64,000 nt of DNA from Mobula hypostoma (Eukaryota), in contig NC_086097.1 of NCBI RefSeq assembly GCF_963921235.1, positions 226,984,001 through 227,048,000 on the forward strand. Reading direction: 5' to 3'. Under the pieces are notes generated by a model. That model worked only from the letters and a program-made list of their open reading frames with translations, made no database searches and was not told the origin of the DNA. Numbering within the stretch: the first letter of the stretch is position 1; each line of letters opens with the position of its first letter. Positions 1-11,559 of this stretch are shown here, in pieces. The position numbers were made by a program, and so were the translations under genes.

Positions 1-545
1 TTCACCACCTTTCTCTCCTCCATTCAGGGCCTCAAACATGTCTTTCCAAGTGAGGCAACACTTTGCTTGCGAATCTTTTGGGCTTGTCTACTGTATCTGG
101 TGCTCCTGATGAGGCCTCTTCATTGGTGAGATCCGAGGTAGATTGGGGAATCACTTTGCCGAGTATATCCGCTCCAACCACAAAAAGTGGGATTTCCCAG
201 TGGCCAACCATTTCAATTCCTACCTGTTCCCGTTCTGACATGTCAGCCTATGGCCTTCTCCTCTGCCACAATGAGGCCAATCTCAGTTTGGAGGAGCAAC
301 ATCTCATATTCCGTCTAGGTTGCTTCCAACCTAGTGGTATACCATCAATTTCTCCAACTTCTGGTATTTTTTTCACCTCCCACTTCCCGCTTCTTCAATA
401 CCCCACTTTGACCTCTCACCTCTTTTCCTCACTTGCCTGTCACCTCCCCCAGTGCCCTTTCTCCTTCCCTTTCTCCCACAGTTCACTTTCCTCTCCTATC
501 AGATTCCTTCTTCTCAAGCCCTTTGCCTTTTCCACCCTTATACAT
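1..545 (+). mobile_element. Old Penelope-like element 3' remnant (degenerate GIY-YIG end plus pyrimidine-rich 3' UTR)
   Basis: Translation fragments such as SDMSAYGLLLCHNEANLSLEEQHLIFRLGCFQP match the C-terminus of the young PLE GIY-YIG domain at 3957-4283; many frameshifts. Confidence 0.8.
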
Positions 546-913
546 TTGTTTTGGATTACTCTTTAGGATAGTGGACTCACCAGGAAAGGTTGGAGCTCTT
601 TTAACTAGAATTGTATTTAATCAAAGCAACATTTATCTTGAAAATCCATGGAAGAATGCACATGCTTTCACAACGTACAGTATTTTGATTCAAGCTTCTT
701 TAGTATCATTGCCTGTACACAAGTATAAAGGAGAACAAAATGGTTGTCAATCCAGATCTGATGCAGTACAAACAAAAAACACAAAAGAAAGAACAAAATA
801 ATAATAATAAAAAACGCAATGCATATCAATATATCAGATAGCTTATATACGTAACACACATCAAAGTTGCTGGTGAACGCAGCAGGCCAGGCAGCATCTA
901 TAGGAAGAGGTGC

Positions 914-949
914 AGTCGACGTTTCAGGCCGAGACCCTTCGTCAGGACT
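914..949 (-). ncRNA. Minimal type I hammerhead ribozyme (PLE terminal repeat)
   Basis: Minus strand reads AGTC-CTGACGA-AGGGTCTCGGCCT-GAAA-CGTC-GACT: stem I AGTC/GACT, CUGANGA and GAAA cores, GUC cleavage triplet. Confidence 0.85.
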
Positions 950-1241
950 AACTGAAGGAAGAGTGAGTAAGGGATTTGAAAGCTGGAGGGGGAGGGGGAG
1001 ATCCAAAATGATAGGAGAAGACAGGAGGGGGAGGGATGGAGCCGAGAGCTGGACAGGTGATTGGCAGAAGGGGATACGAGAGGATCATGGGACAGGAGGT
1101 CCGGGAAGAAAGACGGGGGGGGGTGACCCAGAGGATGGGCAAGAGGTATATTCAGAGGGACAGAGGGAGAAAAAGGAGAGTGAGAGAAAGAATGTGTGCA
1201 TAAAAAAGAGTAACAGATGGGGTACGAGGGGGAGGTGGGGC

Positions 1242-1857
1242 CTAGCGGAAGTTAGAGAAGTCAATGTTCATGCCATCAGGTTGGAGGTTACCCATACGGA
1301 ATATAAGGTGTTGTTCCTCCAACCTGAGTGTGGCTTCATCTTTACAGTAGAGGAGGCTGTGGATAGACATGTCAGAATGGGAATGGGATGTGGAATTAAA
1401 ATGTGTGGCCACTGGGAGATCCTGCTTTCTCTGGCGGACAGAGCGTAGATGTTCAGCGAAGCGGTCTCCCAGTCTGCGTCGGGTCTCACCAATATATAAA
1501 AGGCCACATCGGGAGCACCGGACGCAGTATATCACCCCAGTCGACTCACAGGTGAAGTGATGCCTCACCTGGAAGGACTGTTTGGGGCCCTGAATGGTGG
1601 TAAGGGAGGAAGTGTAAGGGCATGTGTAGCACTTGTTCCGCTTACACGGATAAGTGCCAGGAGGGAGATCAGTGGGGAGGGATGGGGGGGACGAATGGAC
1701 AAGGGAGTTGTGTAGGGAGCGATCCCTGCGGAATGCAGAGAGAGGGGGGGAGGGAAAGATATGCTTAGTGGTGGAATCCCGTTGGAGGTGGCGGAAGTTA
1801 CGGAGAATAATATGTTGGACCCGGAGGCTGGTGGGGTGGTAGGTGAGGACCAGGGGA
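1242..1857 (-). CDS. PLE Cys linker plus GIY-YIG endonuclease; uninterrupted frame in the inverted arm, 5'-truncated
   Basis: YPCKRNKCYTCPY linker, then GVIYCVRCSRCGLLYIGETRRRLGDRFAEH...EEQHLIF...GMNIDF; stop at 1242-1244. Confidence 0.85.
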
Positions 1858-1858
1858 T

Positions 1859-4283
1859 TACGCAACCACCAACTGCGACTCCAGCCTTGAACTCCAGGCC
1901 GGGTCTTTATGTGCTGGTGTTGTGACTCCCGTCTCCCCTTCCCCCACCACCACTCCGCAGCCCCGTCTCCCTCAGATCCCACCGTCAGCTCCTGGGCCCT
2001 CAGAGGCTCCATCTTCCTCTCACCCCAACCCTCCCCTCTCCACTGACACCACCAGCCTCCCCCCTCCCCCCTCTGATCCCAGCTCTCATCCGTGCCGGGT
2101 CTTTACCATCCCCTCTGACCTTCAACTGTCGGAGGCAGAATGCTCTGTTCTCAGTAAGGGCCTCACGTTTGTCCCCCTTCGCCCACACCTCAGCGAGTTC
2201 CGTGTTCGCCACGATGCGGAACTTTTCTTCCGCCGTCTCTGTCTCCGAGCCTACTTCTTCGGCAAGGACTCTTCCACCCCCACCGATGACCCCTTCTCCC
2301 GTCTTCAACCCTCCTCTTCTTCATGGACACCCCGCTCTGGTCTTCTGCCTGCTCTGGATCTCTTTATTGCCAACTGCCGACGGGACATCAACCGTCTCGA
2401 CTTCACCGCACCTTGTCCCCATTCCAACCTCACTCCTTCGGAACGCTCTGCTCTCCACTCCCTCCGCACTAATCCTAACATTATTATTAAACCCGCTGAT
2501 AAAGGGGGTGCTGTTGTAGTCTGGCGTACTGACCTCTACCTTGCCGAGGCACAGCGACAACTCGCGGATACCTCCTCTTATTTACCCCTCGATCGTGACC
2601 CCACTAAGGAGCACCAGGCCATTGTCTCCCACACTATCAACGACTTTATCCGCTCAGGGGATCTCCCATCCACTGCTACCAACCTTATAGTTCCCACACC
2701 CCGCACTTCCCGTTTCTACCTCCTACCCAAGATCCACAAACCTGCCTGTCCTGGCCGACCTATTGTCTCAGCTTGCTCCTGCCCCACCGAATTCGTTTCT
2801 GCATACCTCGACACTGTTTTATCACCCCTTGTTCAATCCCTTCCGACCTATGTTCGTGACACTTCTCACGCTCTTAAACTTTTCGATGATTTTAAGTTCC
2901 CTGGCCCCCACCGCTTTATTTTCACCATGGATGTCCAGTCCCTATATACTTCCATCCCCCATCAGGAAGGTCTCAAAGCTCTACGCTTCTTTTTGGATTC
3001 CAGACCTAATCAGTTCCCCTCTACCACCACTCTGCTCCGTCTAGCAGAATTAGTCCTTACTCTTAATAATTTCTCCTTTTGCTCCTCCCATTTCCTCCAA
3101 ACTAAAGGTGTAGCTGTGGGCACCCGTATGGGTCCTAGCTATGCCTGCCTTTTTGTTGGGTTTGTAGAACAATCTATGTTCCGTGCCTATTCTGGTATCT
3201 GTCCCCCACTTTTCCTTCGCTACATCGACGACTGCATTGGCGCTGCTTCCTGCACGCATGCAGAACTCGTTGACTTTATTAACTTTGCCTCCAACTTTCA
3301 CCCTGCCCTCAAGTTTACCTGGTCCATTTCCGACACCTCCCTCCCCTTTCTAGATCTTTCTGTCTCTGTCTCTGGAGACAGCTTATCCACTGATGTCTAC
3401 TATAAGCCTACTGACTCTCACAGCTATCTGGACTATTCCTCTTCTCACCCTGTCTCTTGCAAAAACGCCATCCCCTTCTCGCAATTCCTCCGTCTCCGCC
3501 GCATCTGCTCTCAGGATGAGGCTTTTCATTCTAGGACGAGGGAGATGTCTTCATTTTTTAAAGAAAGGGGCTTCCCTTCCTCCACTATCAACTCTGCTCT
3601 TAAACGCATCTCCCCCATTTGTACATCTGCTCTCACTCCATCCTCCCACCACCCCACTAGGAATAGGTTCCCCTGGTCCTCACCTACCACCCCACCAGCC
3701 TCCGGGTCCAACATATTATTCTCCGTAACTTCCGCCACCTCCAGCGGGATCCCACCACTAAGCATATCTTTCCCTCCCCCCCCTCTCTGCATTCCGCAGG
3801 GATCGCTCCCTACACAACTCCCTTGTCCATTCGTCCCCCCCATCCCTCCCCACTGATCTCCCTCCTGGCACTTATCCGTGTAAGCGGAACAAGTGCTACA
3901 CATGCCCTTACACTTCCTCCCTTACCACCATTCAGGGCCCCAAACAGTCCTTCCAGGTGAGGCATCACTTCACCTGTGAGTCGACTGGGGTGATATACTG
4001 CGTCCGGTGCTCCCGATGTGGCCTTTTATATATTGGTGAGACCCGACGCAGACTGGGAGACCGCTTCGCTGAACATCTACGCTCTGTCCGCCAGAGAAAG
4101 CAGGATCTCCCAGTGGCCACACATTTTAATTCCACATCCCATTCCCATTCTGACATGTCTATCCACGGCCTCCTCTACGGTAAAGATGAAGCCACACTCA
4201 GGTTGGAGGAACAACACCTTATATTCCGTATGGGTAGCCTCCAACCTGATGGCATGAACATTGACTTCTCTAACTTCCGCTAG
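1859..4283 (+). pseudogene. PLE ORF (RT, linker, GIY-YIG), 5'-truncated, with two 1-nt deletions near 3666 and 3776-3788
   Basis: Motifs KPADKGGAVVV, FYLLPKIHK, GRPIVS, TMDVQSLYTSIP, QTKGVAVGTRMGP, LRYIDD and LPFLD. The frame is open from the arm junction. Frameshifts were located by comparison with sister copies (GAATAGGGTTCC vs GAATAGGTTCC). Confidence 0.93.
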
Positions 4284-4576
4284 GCCCCACCTCCCCCTCG
4301 TACCCCATCTGTTACTCTTTTTTATGCACACATTCTTTCTCTCACTCTCCTTTTTCTCCCTCTGTCCCTCTGAATATACCTCTTGCCCATCCTCTGGGTC
4401 ACCCCCCCCCCGTCTTTCTTCCCGGACCTCCTGTCCCATGATCCTCTCGTATCCCCTTCTGCCTATCACCTGTCCAGCTCTCGGCTCCATCCCTCCCCCT
4501 CCTGTCTTCTCCTATCATTTTGGATCTCCCCCTCCCCCTCCAGCTTTCAAATCCCTTACTCACTCTTCCTTCAGTT

Positions 4577-4612
4577 AGTCCTGACGAAGGGTCTCGGCCT
4601 GAAACGTCGACT
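4577..4612 (+). ncRNA. Minimal type I hammerhead ribozyme (PLE terminal repeat)
   Basis: AGTC (4577-80), CTGACGA (4581-87), stem II AGG..CCT (4588-4600), GAAA (4601-04), CGTC (4605-08), GACT (4609-12). Confidence 0.85.
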
Positions 4613-5482
4613 GCACCTCTTCCTATAGATGCTGCCTGGCCTGCTGCGTTCACCAGCAACTTTGATGTGTGTTGCTTGAATTTCCAGCATCTGCAGAATT
4701 CCTGTTGTTAGCTTATATACGTATATTGTTCCGTATGTCCTGAAAGTGACGCTAGGCACAGGAGTGTCTGTACCGAAGGTGACTGACACAAAATAATAAA
4801 GTATTGGTGTTTGGGGGCATGGAGGGCTGGGTTAGTGTGTAGAGGTATTGAACGAGCTTACAGCTTAGGAAAAGTAGCTGTTTTTGAGTCTGGTGGTCCT
4901 GATATCCTGAGTTGATAATTTAAGTTTTGTTAGTGCTGTTATGTTTGCAGCTCCAAAACATAAAACTAATCAAAATAAAAACATGAGGCCAGGAATAATG
5001 TGTTTAACTTGGTTTTTACTTTAAGTGATGCATGCTTGTATGGCATGGTGGCTTAATGACTTATGCCATTCATGTACTTTCACATATAACTGTAATGAAT
5101 TACTGTATGTAAACAACAAAGAATTCTTAATCAATATACTTACAGTATTACTCAAATATTACTGAAACATTAGATACACAACTACCACCATTCTTCAGCT
5201 TCTACATTTAGATTCTCCACCAGTCTCCACCTAATCTACATGTAGCTGGTGAATTAGGAAGACAGAATGATAAATTACCTGTGGATTCTTTGAAATAGAA
5301 CAATAACGAAACCAGACTCTTCATTTAGTCCATGATACTTTTAATCTCTAATCAAGTACTCACACATGTTTACTCACTGTCTTTGGATATACATACCTTC
5401 ATCTCATTTTCCACCTATCCATTCTAATCTTGATTATTGACATATTATTGTGTAAATTAGTTTCATAGTCATGCATTAACGC

Positions 5483-8240
5483 AGGCTTTCTCAACTGGAG
5501 TTCTGCGAGAGCTTATGATTTAAAAAAAATAAACATCATTTTTTGAACTTTGCGCGATGCTATTGCTGGCAGTGGTGGGCAGTGACCAAGCAGCTCCATT
5601 AGCAATCTCGTTAGAGGTCTCTCTGCCTAGTATGGCAGTACGCAGTAGGGCTGTGTTTATTTGGTTGAGTTCATCCTCAGTGTTTGATGTGAGATAGTGA
5701 AGACTGTTGATAATTGGTGAGCGTTGTATTGGTGCACGGAGGGGAGAATGGTAGGCTGATGAGGAGAGAGAAGTGTGTTTTCTGAGCGTTGAACAGACTC
5801 GCACAACTTGGGCTGTGACATCAGCCTATCCCTCCTGAATTACCTCCCCGAAACAAGCAAAGGCCAAGATATATTTAATGTTTTGTCTTCATATTGGAAA
5901 CAAAAGGTCTGTCTTGGAGGAACTGTGTTGGCATCTGTACTAATGGTGCCCCATCAATGGTTGACTCCATGAGAGGTTTCATTTCTTTTGTAAAAACAGA
6001 AAATCCTGACGTCACATGTTATGTGAACCGGTAACAATGAATATCAATTGAGACAGGTTGTATAAAAACAACCAAACATTTACTAAACACGGATAAACAA
6101 TAAAAAACAAACGAAAACCTTAACCGGAAATTAACCGCTATGCAGCCGTTCAACAAATCGTCACTCGGCACTGGTTCTTAAAGCGTTAAATGCGAAAACA
6201 GTTCTTAAAGCGGTAAAGTCAAATACCGTTCTTAAAATGGTAAATTCGAAAGTCCAAAAGATTTATACATTCAATTGGGAGAGACTTCTCTGGAGAAGGA
6301 TTTCTTCATAGGCACGTCTTTCCTGTTGGTTCTGTCCAAAGGATTCACAATGCAGGAAATAAACGGCTTAAAACAACTAACCTTAATTATGTCTTATGGT
6401 CTAATTTCTTCTAGAGAGCAAATCCGGCATGAACTTCCTTGTTCTTTTGGCAAGAGTAATCTCAATGCAGGTCGCTACTTCTTCAACGAAGACTCAATAA
6501 GTTCGATCCTTTATTAAACTGCCGAACATTCCCGACTTATTTTAATCCTTCATATCCTGTACTTCGATGAAGTCTTCACTCTCCAAGACTGCTGGAAAAA
6601 GGCAAATCAACACATCTAGCAAAAATTGCCAGTCCAGCACTATTGTACCTTGCAACAGAACATAACACTCCGTTTTAAAAATGAAACTGCGTCATAAAAA
6701 CAAATACGCAACAGAAACGGAGACACAGGCGCACGTTCTAGCTGGAAAACTAAAAACTAAAAAAAAACTAACTGCGTCATCGGAGACTTCCCTTATATAC
6801 CAGTGGTGCTCATGTCATCACGTGACCTCACATCAGCGGGAAAATTACATCAGGTGATCTCCAAAAGACCATTACATCATTCTCACAAGATCTCCTTGAG
6901 GTATGTAACACACAACACACTGGTTTCTTCACAGAGAGATGCTGATGTCAAAAACTCTTGGAGATGAAATAAAAAAGTTCTAGATGCTACAAAAATGGTT
7001 AACTTTATTAAACAAAGACCAGTTCACTCGAGAATGTTTAAAGAAAACTGTGTGAAAACCTGGACAAAGAGCACACCAATCTCCTGCTACATACAGAAAT
7101 CTGGTGGCTTAGCAGAGGAAGAGTTCTCAACAGGATGTTTGAGCTGAAAGTTGAATTGCAGGAGTACTTTCAAGAAAATAGTAGGCCAAATTTTGCTAAG
7201 TGTTTTGAAGATGAAGAATGGCTGCAGAAGCTAGCCTACTTTGCAGACATTTTGCATAATATGAACCAGTTGAACGAGTTTTTGCAAATCCCTGGAGTAA
7301 ATGTTTTGACTACAAGTAACACAATTCTGGGATTTAGAAGGAAACTGAATCTTTGGAAAAATCATGTTGTAAAAGGAAATCTTAAAATGTTTCCACTGTT
7401 GCTTGATCTGGAGAGTGAGGAAAGATACCAGAAAGTCTTGAGTGTTATTGAGAATCACCTGGAAGAACTGCAGAACTAAATTGAACAGTATTTTAACTCC
7501 CTTTCAACACAAGTGTATTACTGGGTGAGGGACCCTTTTTCTGAATCTTCTGCTCTGCCTGAGAACTTGACTTTGAGAGAAGAGGAAGAACTTTGTGAGT
7601 TGCAGTCTGATCGTGGTAAATGAGATTTACCAACCTGCCCTGGACAAGTTCTGGATTTCTGTGAAAGAAGAGTATCCTGCCATTCATAGGAAAGCAACGA
7701 AAATTTTGCCGCAGTTCTCAACTTCTTGCACGTGTGAGCAAGCTTTTTCTTCTTCAACATGCATTAATAGCAAGGATAGAAATCATTTCATTTCAGTTGA
7801 AGGTGAAATCCATGTGTGCTTATCTGAGGTTCAACCTGGAACTGAGTATTTGTACAGCAAAAACTAGTGCACAGGTTTTGCATGCTAAGCCTATATTTGA
7901 GCCTGATCATGGCACTTAGTAAGAAAATGTTTTTTCAAAGTCTTGTATAAAATTATCTTAGATTATATTTTTATTCATATTGCTTTGGCTAATGATTTTT
8001 AGTAACTTTACTATTCAACATTATCATTAAATTTTCATTTTGTAAATAGTATTAATTAAAATCAATTTACAACTTTTATTTAATTTAAATCTACTGAGCC
8101 TACCGTTAGAAAAACTAAATCCCATTTTGACTTAAGCCAGATATTTAATAGAAATTTATTTTGTTTGACTTAGGAGTTTTTAAAATTTATAAAAGGGAAA
8201 GAAAGAGGTTAATGTCAAGAAAGGTAAACTAAGCTTAACT
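5483..8240 (+). mobile_element. hAT (Charlie/Buster-like) DNA transposon relic with degenerate transposase (~5930-7866)
   Basis: hAT-like 5' end CAGGCTTTCTCAAC. Translated motifs CTNGAPSM, THWFLHRE, LLLHTEIWWLSRGRVL, WLQKLAYFADI and FSTSCTCEQAFS (dimerisation domain). Confidence 0.85.
6017..6910 (-). mobile_element. Solo LTR (TGTTA...TAACA) inserted in the hAT transposase
   Basis: Inverted termini and CACA duplication at 6013-6016 and 6911-6914. Removing it restores the frame PDVTTHWFLHRE. A second copy lies at 25702-26564. Minus-strand TATA-like motif near 6793 and CACGTG E-box. Confidence 0.85.
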
Positions 8241-8371
8241 ACAAACAAGAGAAAGTCTACAGATGCTGGAAATCCAAACAACACACACAAAATGCTGGAG
8301 GAGCTCAGCAGGCCAGGCAGCATCAATGGAAAAGAGTACAGTTGATGTTTCGGGCCAATACCCTTCATCAA
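8240..8371 (-). mobile_element. Old PLE terminal fragment with decayed hammerhead
   Basis: Minus strand TTGATGAAGGGTATTGGCCCGAAACATCAACTG followed by the GATGCTGCCTGGCCTGCTG...CCAGCATC terminus. Confidence 0.7.
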
Positions 8372-9310
8372 CCCCCTCAGTACTAATCACTGAGCTTCAG
8401 AACCTGGGCCTCTGTATGTTCCTCTGCAGCTGGATCCTCGACTTCCTTAACAAGAGACCACAGTTAGCATGAAGCGGTAATATCATCTTCTCCTTGATGA
8501 CAGTCATTTCAAGCGCACCTCAAGGATATGTGCTTAGCCCACTGCTCCACTCTCTTCATATTTATGACTGTGACTAAACACAGCATAATCACAGTCTATA
8601 AATTTGCCAGTAACACCACTGTTAGGCGAATCTTAGATGTGATGAGGAGGTGTACAGGAGTGAATTAGATCAGCTGGTTGGATAGAGTCACAACAACCCA
8701 CACTCAATGTCAGCAAAACTATAGAATTGATTGCGGACTTCAGGAGGAGAGATTAGGGAGAATACATACCTGTCTCATTAAGGGGTGGAAACACTGAGGA
8801 GCTTTTAGTTGTTGGGCTCAATGCATTGATGCAATACTTCATTAGGAGTTTGAGGAGATTTGATACCAAAGACACCTATAAATTTTTGTAGGTGTACCGT
8901 GAAGAATATTCTGTCTGGTTGCATCACCACCGAGTATACAGGCTCCAATGCACTGGATCGGAAGAGGACCCAGCAACTCCATCATTGGCATAACCCTTTC
9001 CACCATCTAGGAAATCTTCAAGAGGGCGTGTATCAAGGCAGCAGCATCTATCATTAAGGATCCTCACCATCTGGAAACATGCCCTCTTCTTATTACTATC
9101 ATCGAGGAGGTGGTACAGGAGCCTGAAGGCACAGCTTCTTCACTTCCACCACCAAATTTATGAATGGTCCATGAAGCTATCAACACTACCTTGCCTTTCC
9201 TTTATTTTGCCTTAGTTACTTATTTTTGAATTAATATAATTTTTATGCTTTGCACTGTCCTGCTGCAGTGAGGTAACAGATGTCAAGTTATATAAGTCAA
9301 TGATAACAAA
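8372..9310 (+). mobile_element. Degenerate L2/Rex1-type LINE RT 3' half
   Basis: Remnants LCSWILDFL..RPQ, APQGYVLSPLL and FCRCTVKNILSGCIT. Confidence 0.7.
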
Positions 9311-9819
9311 CCTGATGGTAATTCTAATTTTGAAAATAAAATTATTTAAATGGCTTGAGTCAAATGAATGCTGGTGCTCGGTAAGATCCATCTGGCTATC
9401 CTTTAATGGAGAGGCATCAGTTAGTTAGGAAGGAAAATTGCAAGAGGAACTGTTGCTATAATTGACAATGTTTTTGTGAGACTTCACCTGGAGTCAAATG
9501 TGTAGATTTGGTTTTTTGGTAGGTGGAATATCAAAGTGGCTTATGGTGTGCTTGGCTGTTGGATGCATCAATATTGGTGCTGATCTCATTAAAAAAAATC
9601 TGTTGCATCTCTGTTGATCAAATTTATCTTCACACAATCAGAACAAGATCATGGACAATGATAGGTGTAGAAGAAACATAAAGAGTTTTTTTCTGGGTTT
9701 TGAGTACAGGTGAAGAAACAGGTAGTTCATACTAGGCAGAAGAATATGAAGGCAAACAATCTAGCGAACGGAGCACTCAGTGAAAAGTATTTCCCCCAGC
9801 CACGACTATGCAGAGATGC

Positions 9820-10312
9820 AGCTAACAAACTGTATCACTGCATGGTACAGAAACTGCACTGCGGGGGACAGGAAGGTTTTATAATGGGTCGTCAAGGACA
9901 TGTATACGGAAAGGTGACGGTAAAGGACAGTAACATCATGAAGAATACACCCTCTGATCATGGACTGTTTGCCCCCTCCCATCAGGGAAGAGGCAATGCA
10001 GCATCCTAGTCAGGACCACAGACTTAAAAATAAAGGTACTTTCTCCCACTTGTAAAGCTGATCAACACTTCCACTCACTAACCCACCTGTCCACGCCCCC
10101 AACCTATCACTTCCTGTCAGAATCATCTTGTGCCTGTCATCACTTCATGGACGTACAGTTAATCTATGTATATATTATCTTATGTATTTTTATTTATTAT
10201 TGTGTTCTTTATCTTATTATGTTTTTTTGTGCTGCATCAGATCTGGAGTAACAATTATTTTGTTCTCCTTTATACTTACATACTGGAAATGACATTAAAC
10301 AATCTTGAATCT
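9820..10312 (+). mobile_element. L2/Rex1-type LINE 3' end
   Basis: HGLFAPS..G remnant; 3' UTR ends ATTAAACAATCTTGAATCT. Confidence 0.6.
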
Positions 10313-11020
10313 ATAATTTAGGAACAGTTCAGTGCCCACATAGAACAATTCCTATAATGCATAAACTCATATTACACTTTGTTCAGTCTTGCACTACCTG
10401 TTGAACCCATAATTTTCAGGGTGGCTGGCAACTATTTTAACATCGAGGAATATGTAAATTCTGTGACCAGCTACATAGAGAAGCGTACTGAGGATGTTGC
10501 CACCACTTAACACATCCATGTAAGGGCAAATCAGAAGCCATGACTTACTGCAGAGGTCCGTGCATGGCTGAGGGATCATGATGCTGCATTTAGATCCTGG
10601 GACGTGACAGCTTTCGGTGTAGAAAGAACTGTGTTTTCCCACTCCATTAGGAATGTGAAATGGGAGCATTCTCAGAGAATATACAACCACTTCTTTTATA
10701 CCAGAGACATGAGGCGTATGTGGCAGGGAATTAAGAGGATTACAGACTACAAGTCTACCCTATGCATCAGCGACCAGAATGCCTCACTCCCCGGCAGGCT
10801 AAATGTCTTTTACGCCCAGTTTGATGCACAGAATAAAGTATTGGCAAGGAAGCTATAACCTCCCCCCAGCGGAGCAAAAACTCTCTCTGTCTGAAGCTGA
10901 GGTGAGAAAGACTCAGGCCAGGGTCAACTCACGCAAAGCTATGGGGCCCAATATCTTGCAACACACATCAAAGTTGCTGGTGAACGCAGCAGGCCAGGCA
11001 GCATCTCTAGGAAGAGGTAC

Positions 11021-11056
11021 AGTCGACATTTCAGGGCGAGACCCTTCGTCAGGACT
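11021..11056 (-). ncRNA. Hammerhead motif with CpG-decayed stem III (GAAATGTC)
   Basis: Minus strand AGTC-CTGACGA-AGGGTCTCGCCCT-GAAATGTC-GACT. Confidence 0.65.
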
Positions 11057-11523
11057 AACTGATGGAAGAGTTAGTAAGAGATTTGAAAGTGGGAGGGGGA
11101 GGGGGAGATCCAAAATGATAGGAGAAGACAGGAGGGGGAGGGATGGAGCCAAGAGCTGGACAGGTGATTGGCAAAGGGGATATGAGAGGATCATAGGACA
11201 GGAGGTCCGGGGAGAAAGACAAGGGGGGGGGGAACCCAGAGGATGGGCAAGGGGTATAGTCAGAGGGACAGAGGGAGAAAAAGGAGAATGAGAGAAAGAA
11301 AAAGAATGTGTGTATATAAATAAATAATGGATGGGGTACAAGTCGTCCTCTGGTTTTCCCCCCTCCCCCTTTCTCCCTAGCCTTCTGTCCCAATATCCTC
11401 TCATATCCCTTTTGCCAATCAACTGTCCAGCTCTTGGCTCCATCCCTCCCACTCCTGTCTTCTCCTATCATTTTGGATCTCCCCCTCCCCCTCTCAAATC
11501 GCTTACTAGCTCTTCTTTCAGTT

Positions 11524-11559
11524 AGTCCTGACGAAGGGTCTCGGCCCGAAACGTCGACT
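11524..11559 (+). ncRNA. Minimal type I hammerhead ribozyme
   Basis: AGTC-CTGACGA-AGGGTCTCGGCCC-GAAACGTC-GACT. Confidence 0.83.

Larger units (their letters stand above)
854..4708 (+). mobile_element. Young Penelope-like retroelement (Neptune-type) with inverted 5' arm (854-1857, minus) and RT/GIY-YIG arm (1858-4708, plus)
   Basis: 15-bp TSD TAGCTTATATACGTA at 839-853 and 4709-4723. 854-1857 is a near-identical inverted copy of 3669-4672. PLE RT and GIY-YIG motifs are present. Confidence 0.95.
685..4905 (-). mobile_element. 3' end of an L2/Rex1-type LINE (685-853 and 4724-4905), interrupted by the PLE
   Basis: AT-rich 3' UTR resembles the LINE 3' end at 10130-10310. The sequence is continuous across the PLE once one TSD copy is removed. 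Confidence 0.55.

Noticed and set aside
867..1448. Recurrent G/R-rich ORFs beginning MLVNAAGQAAS (also ~4399, 10803, 11055, 21370)
   Set aside because: Antisense readings of the purine/pyrimidine-skewed PLE terminal repeat; lengths and frames vary between copies.
1858..2012. N-terminal part of the 256-aa minus ORF 1242-2012
   Set aside because: It is the antisense of the RT arm, fused by chance across the inversion junction; not a native N-terminus.
1859..4283. Possibility of a selenocysteine-encoding (Naiad-type) PLE
   Set aside because: No conserved in-frame TGA codons in the RT, linker or GIY-YIG frames; Cys positions use TGY codons.
4937..5183. Possible short LTR starting TGTTATG
   Set aside because: No clear CA end, TSD or second copy in the window.
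6275..6517. Similar ORFs MGETSLEKDFF in both solo LTRs (also 25951-26274)
   Set aside because: They start at TTG, diverge in frame between copies and lie antisense to the LTR; the similarity reflects the DNA repeat.
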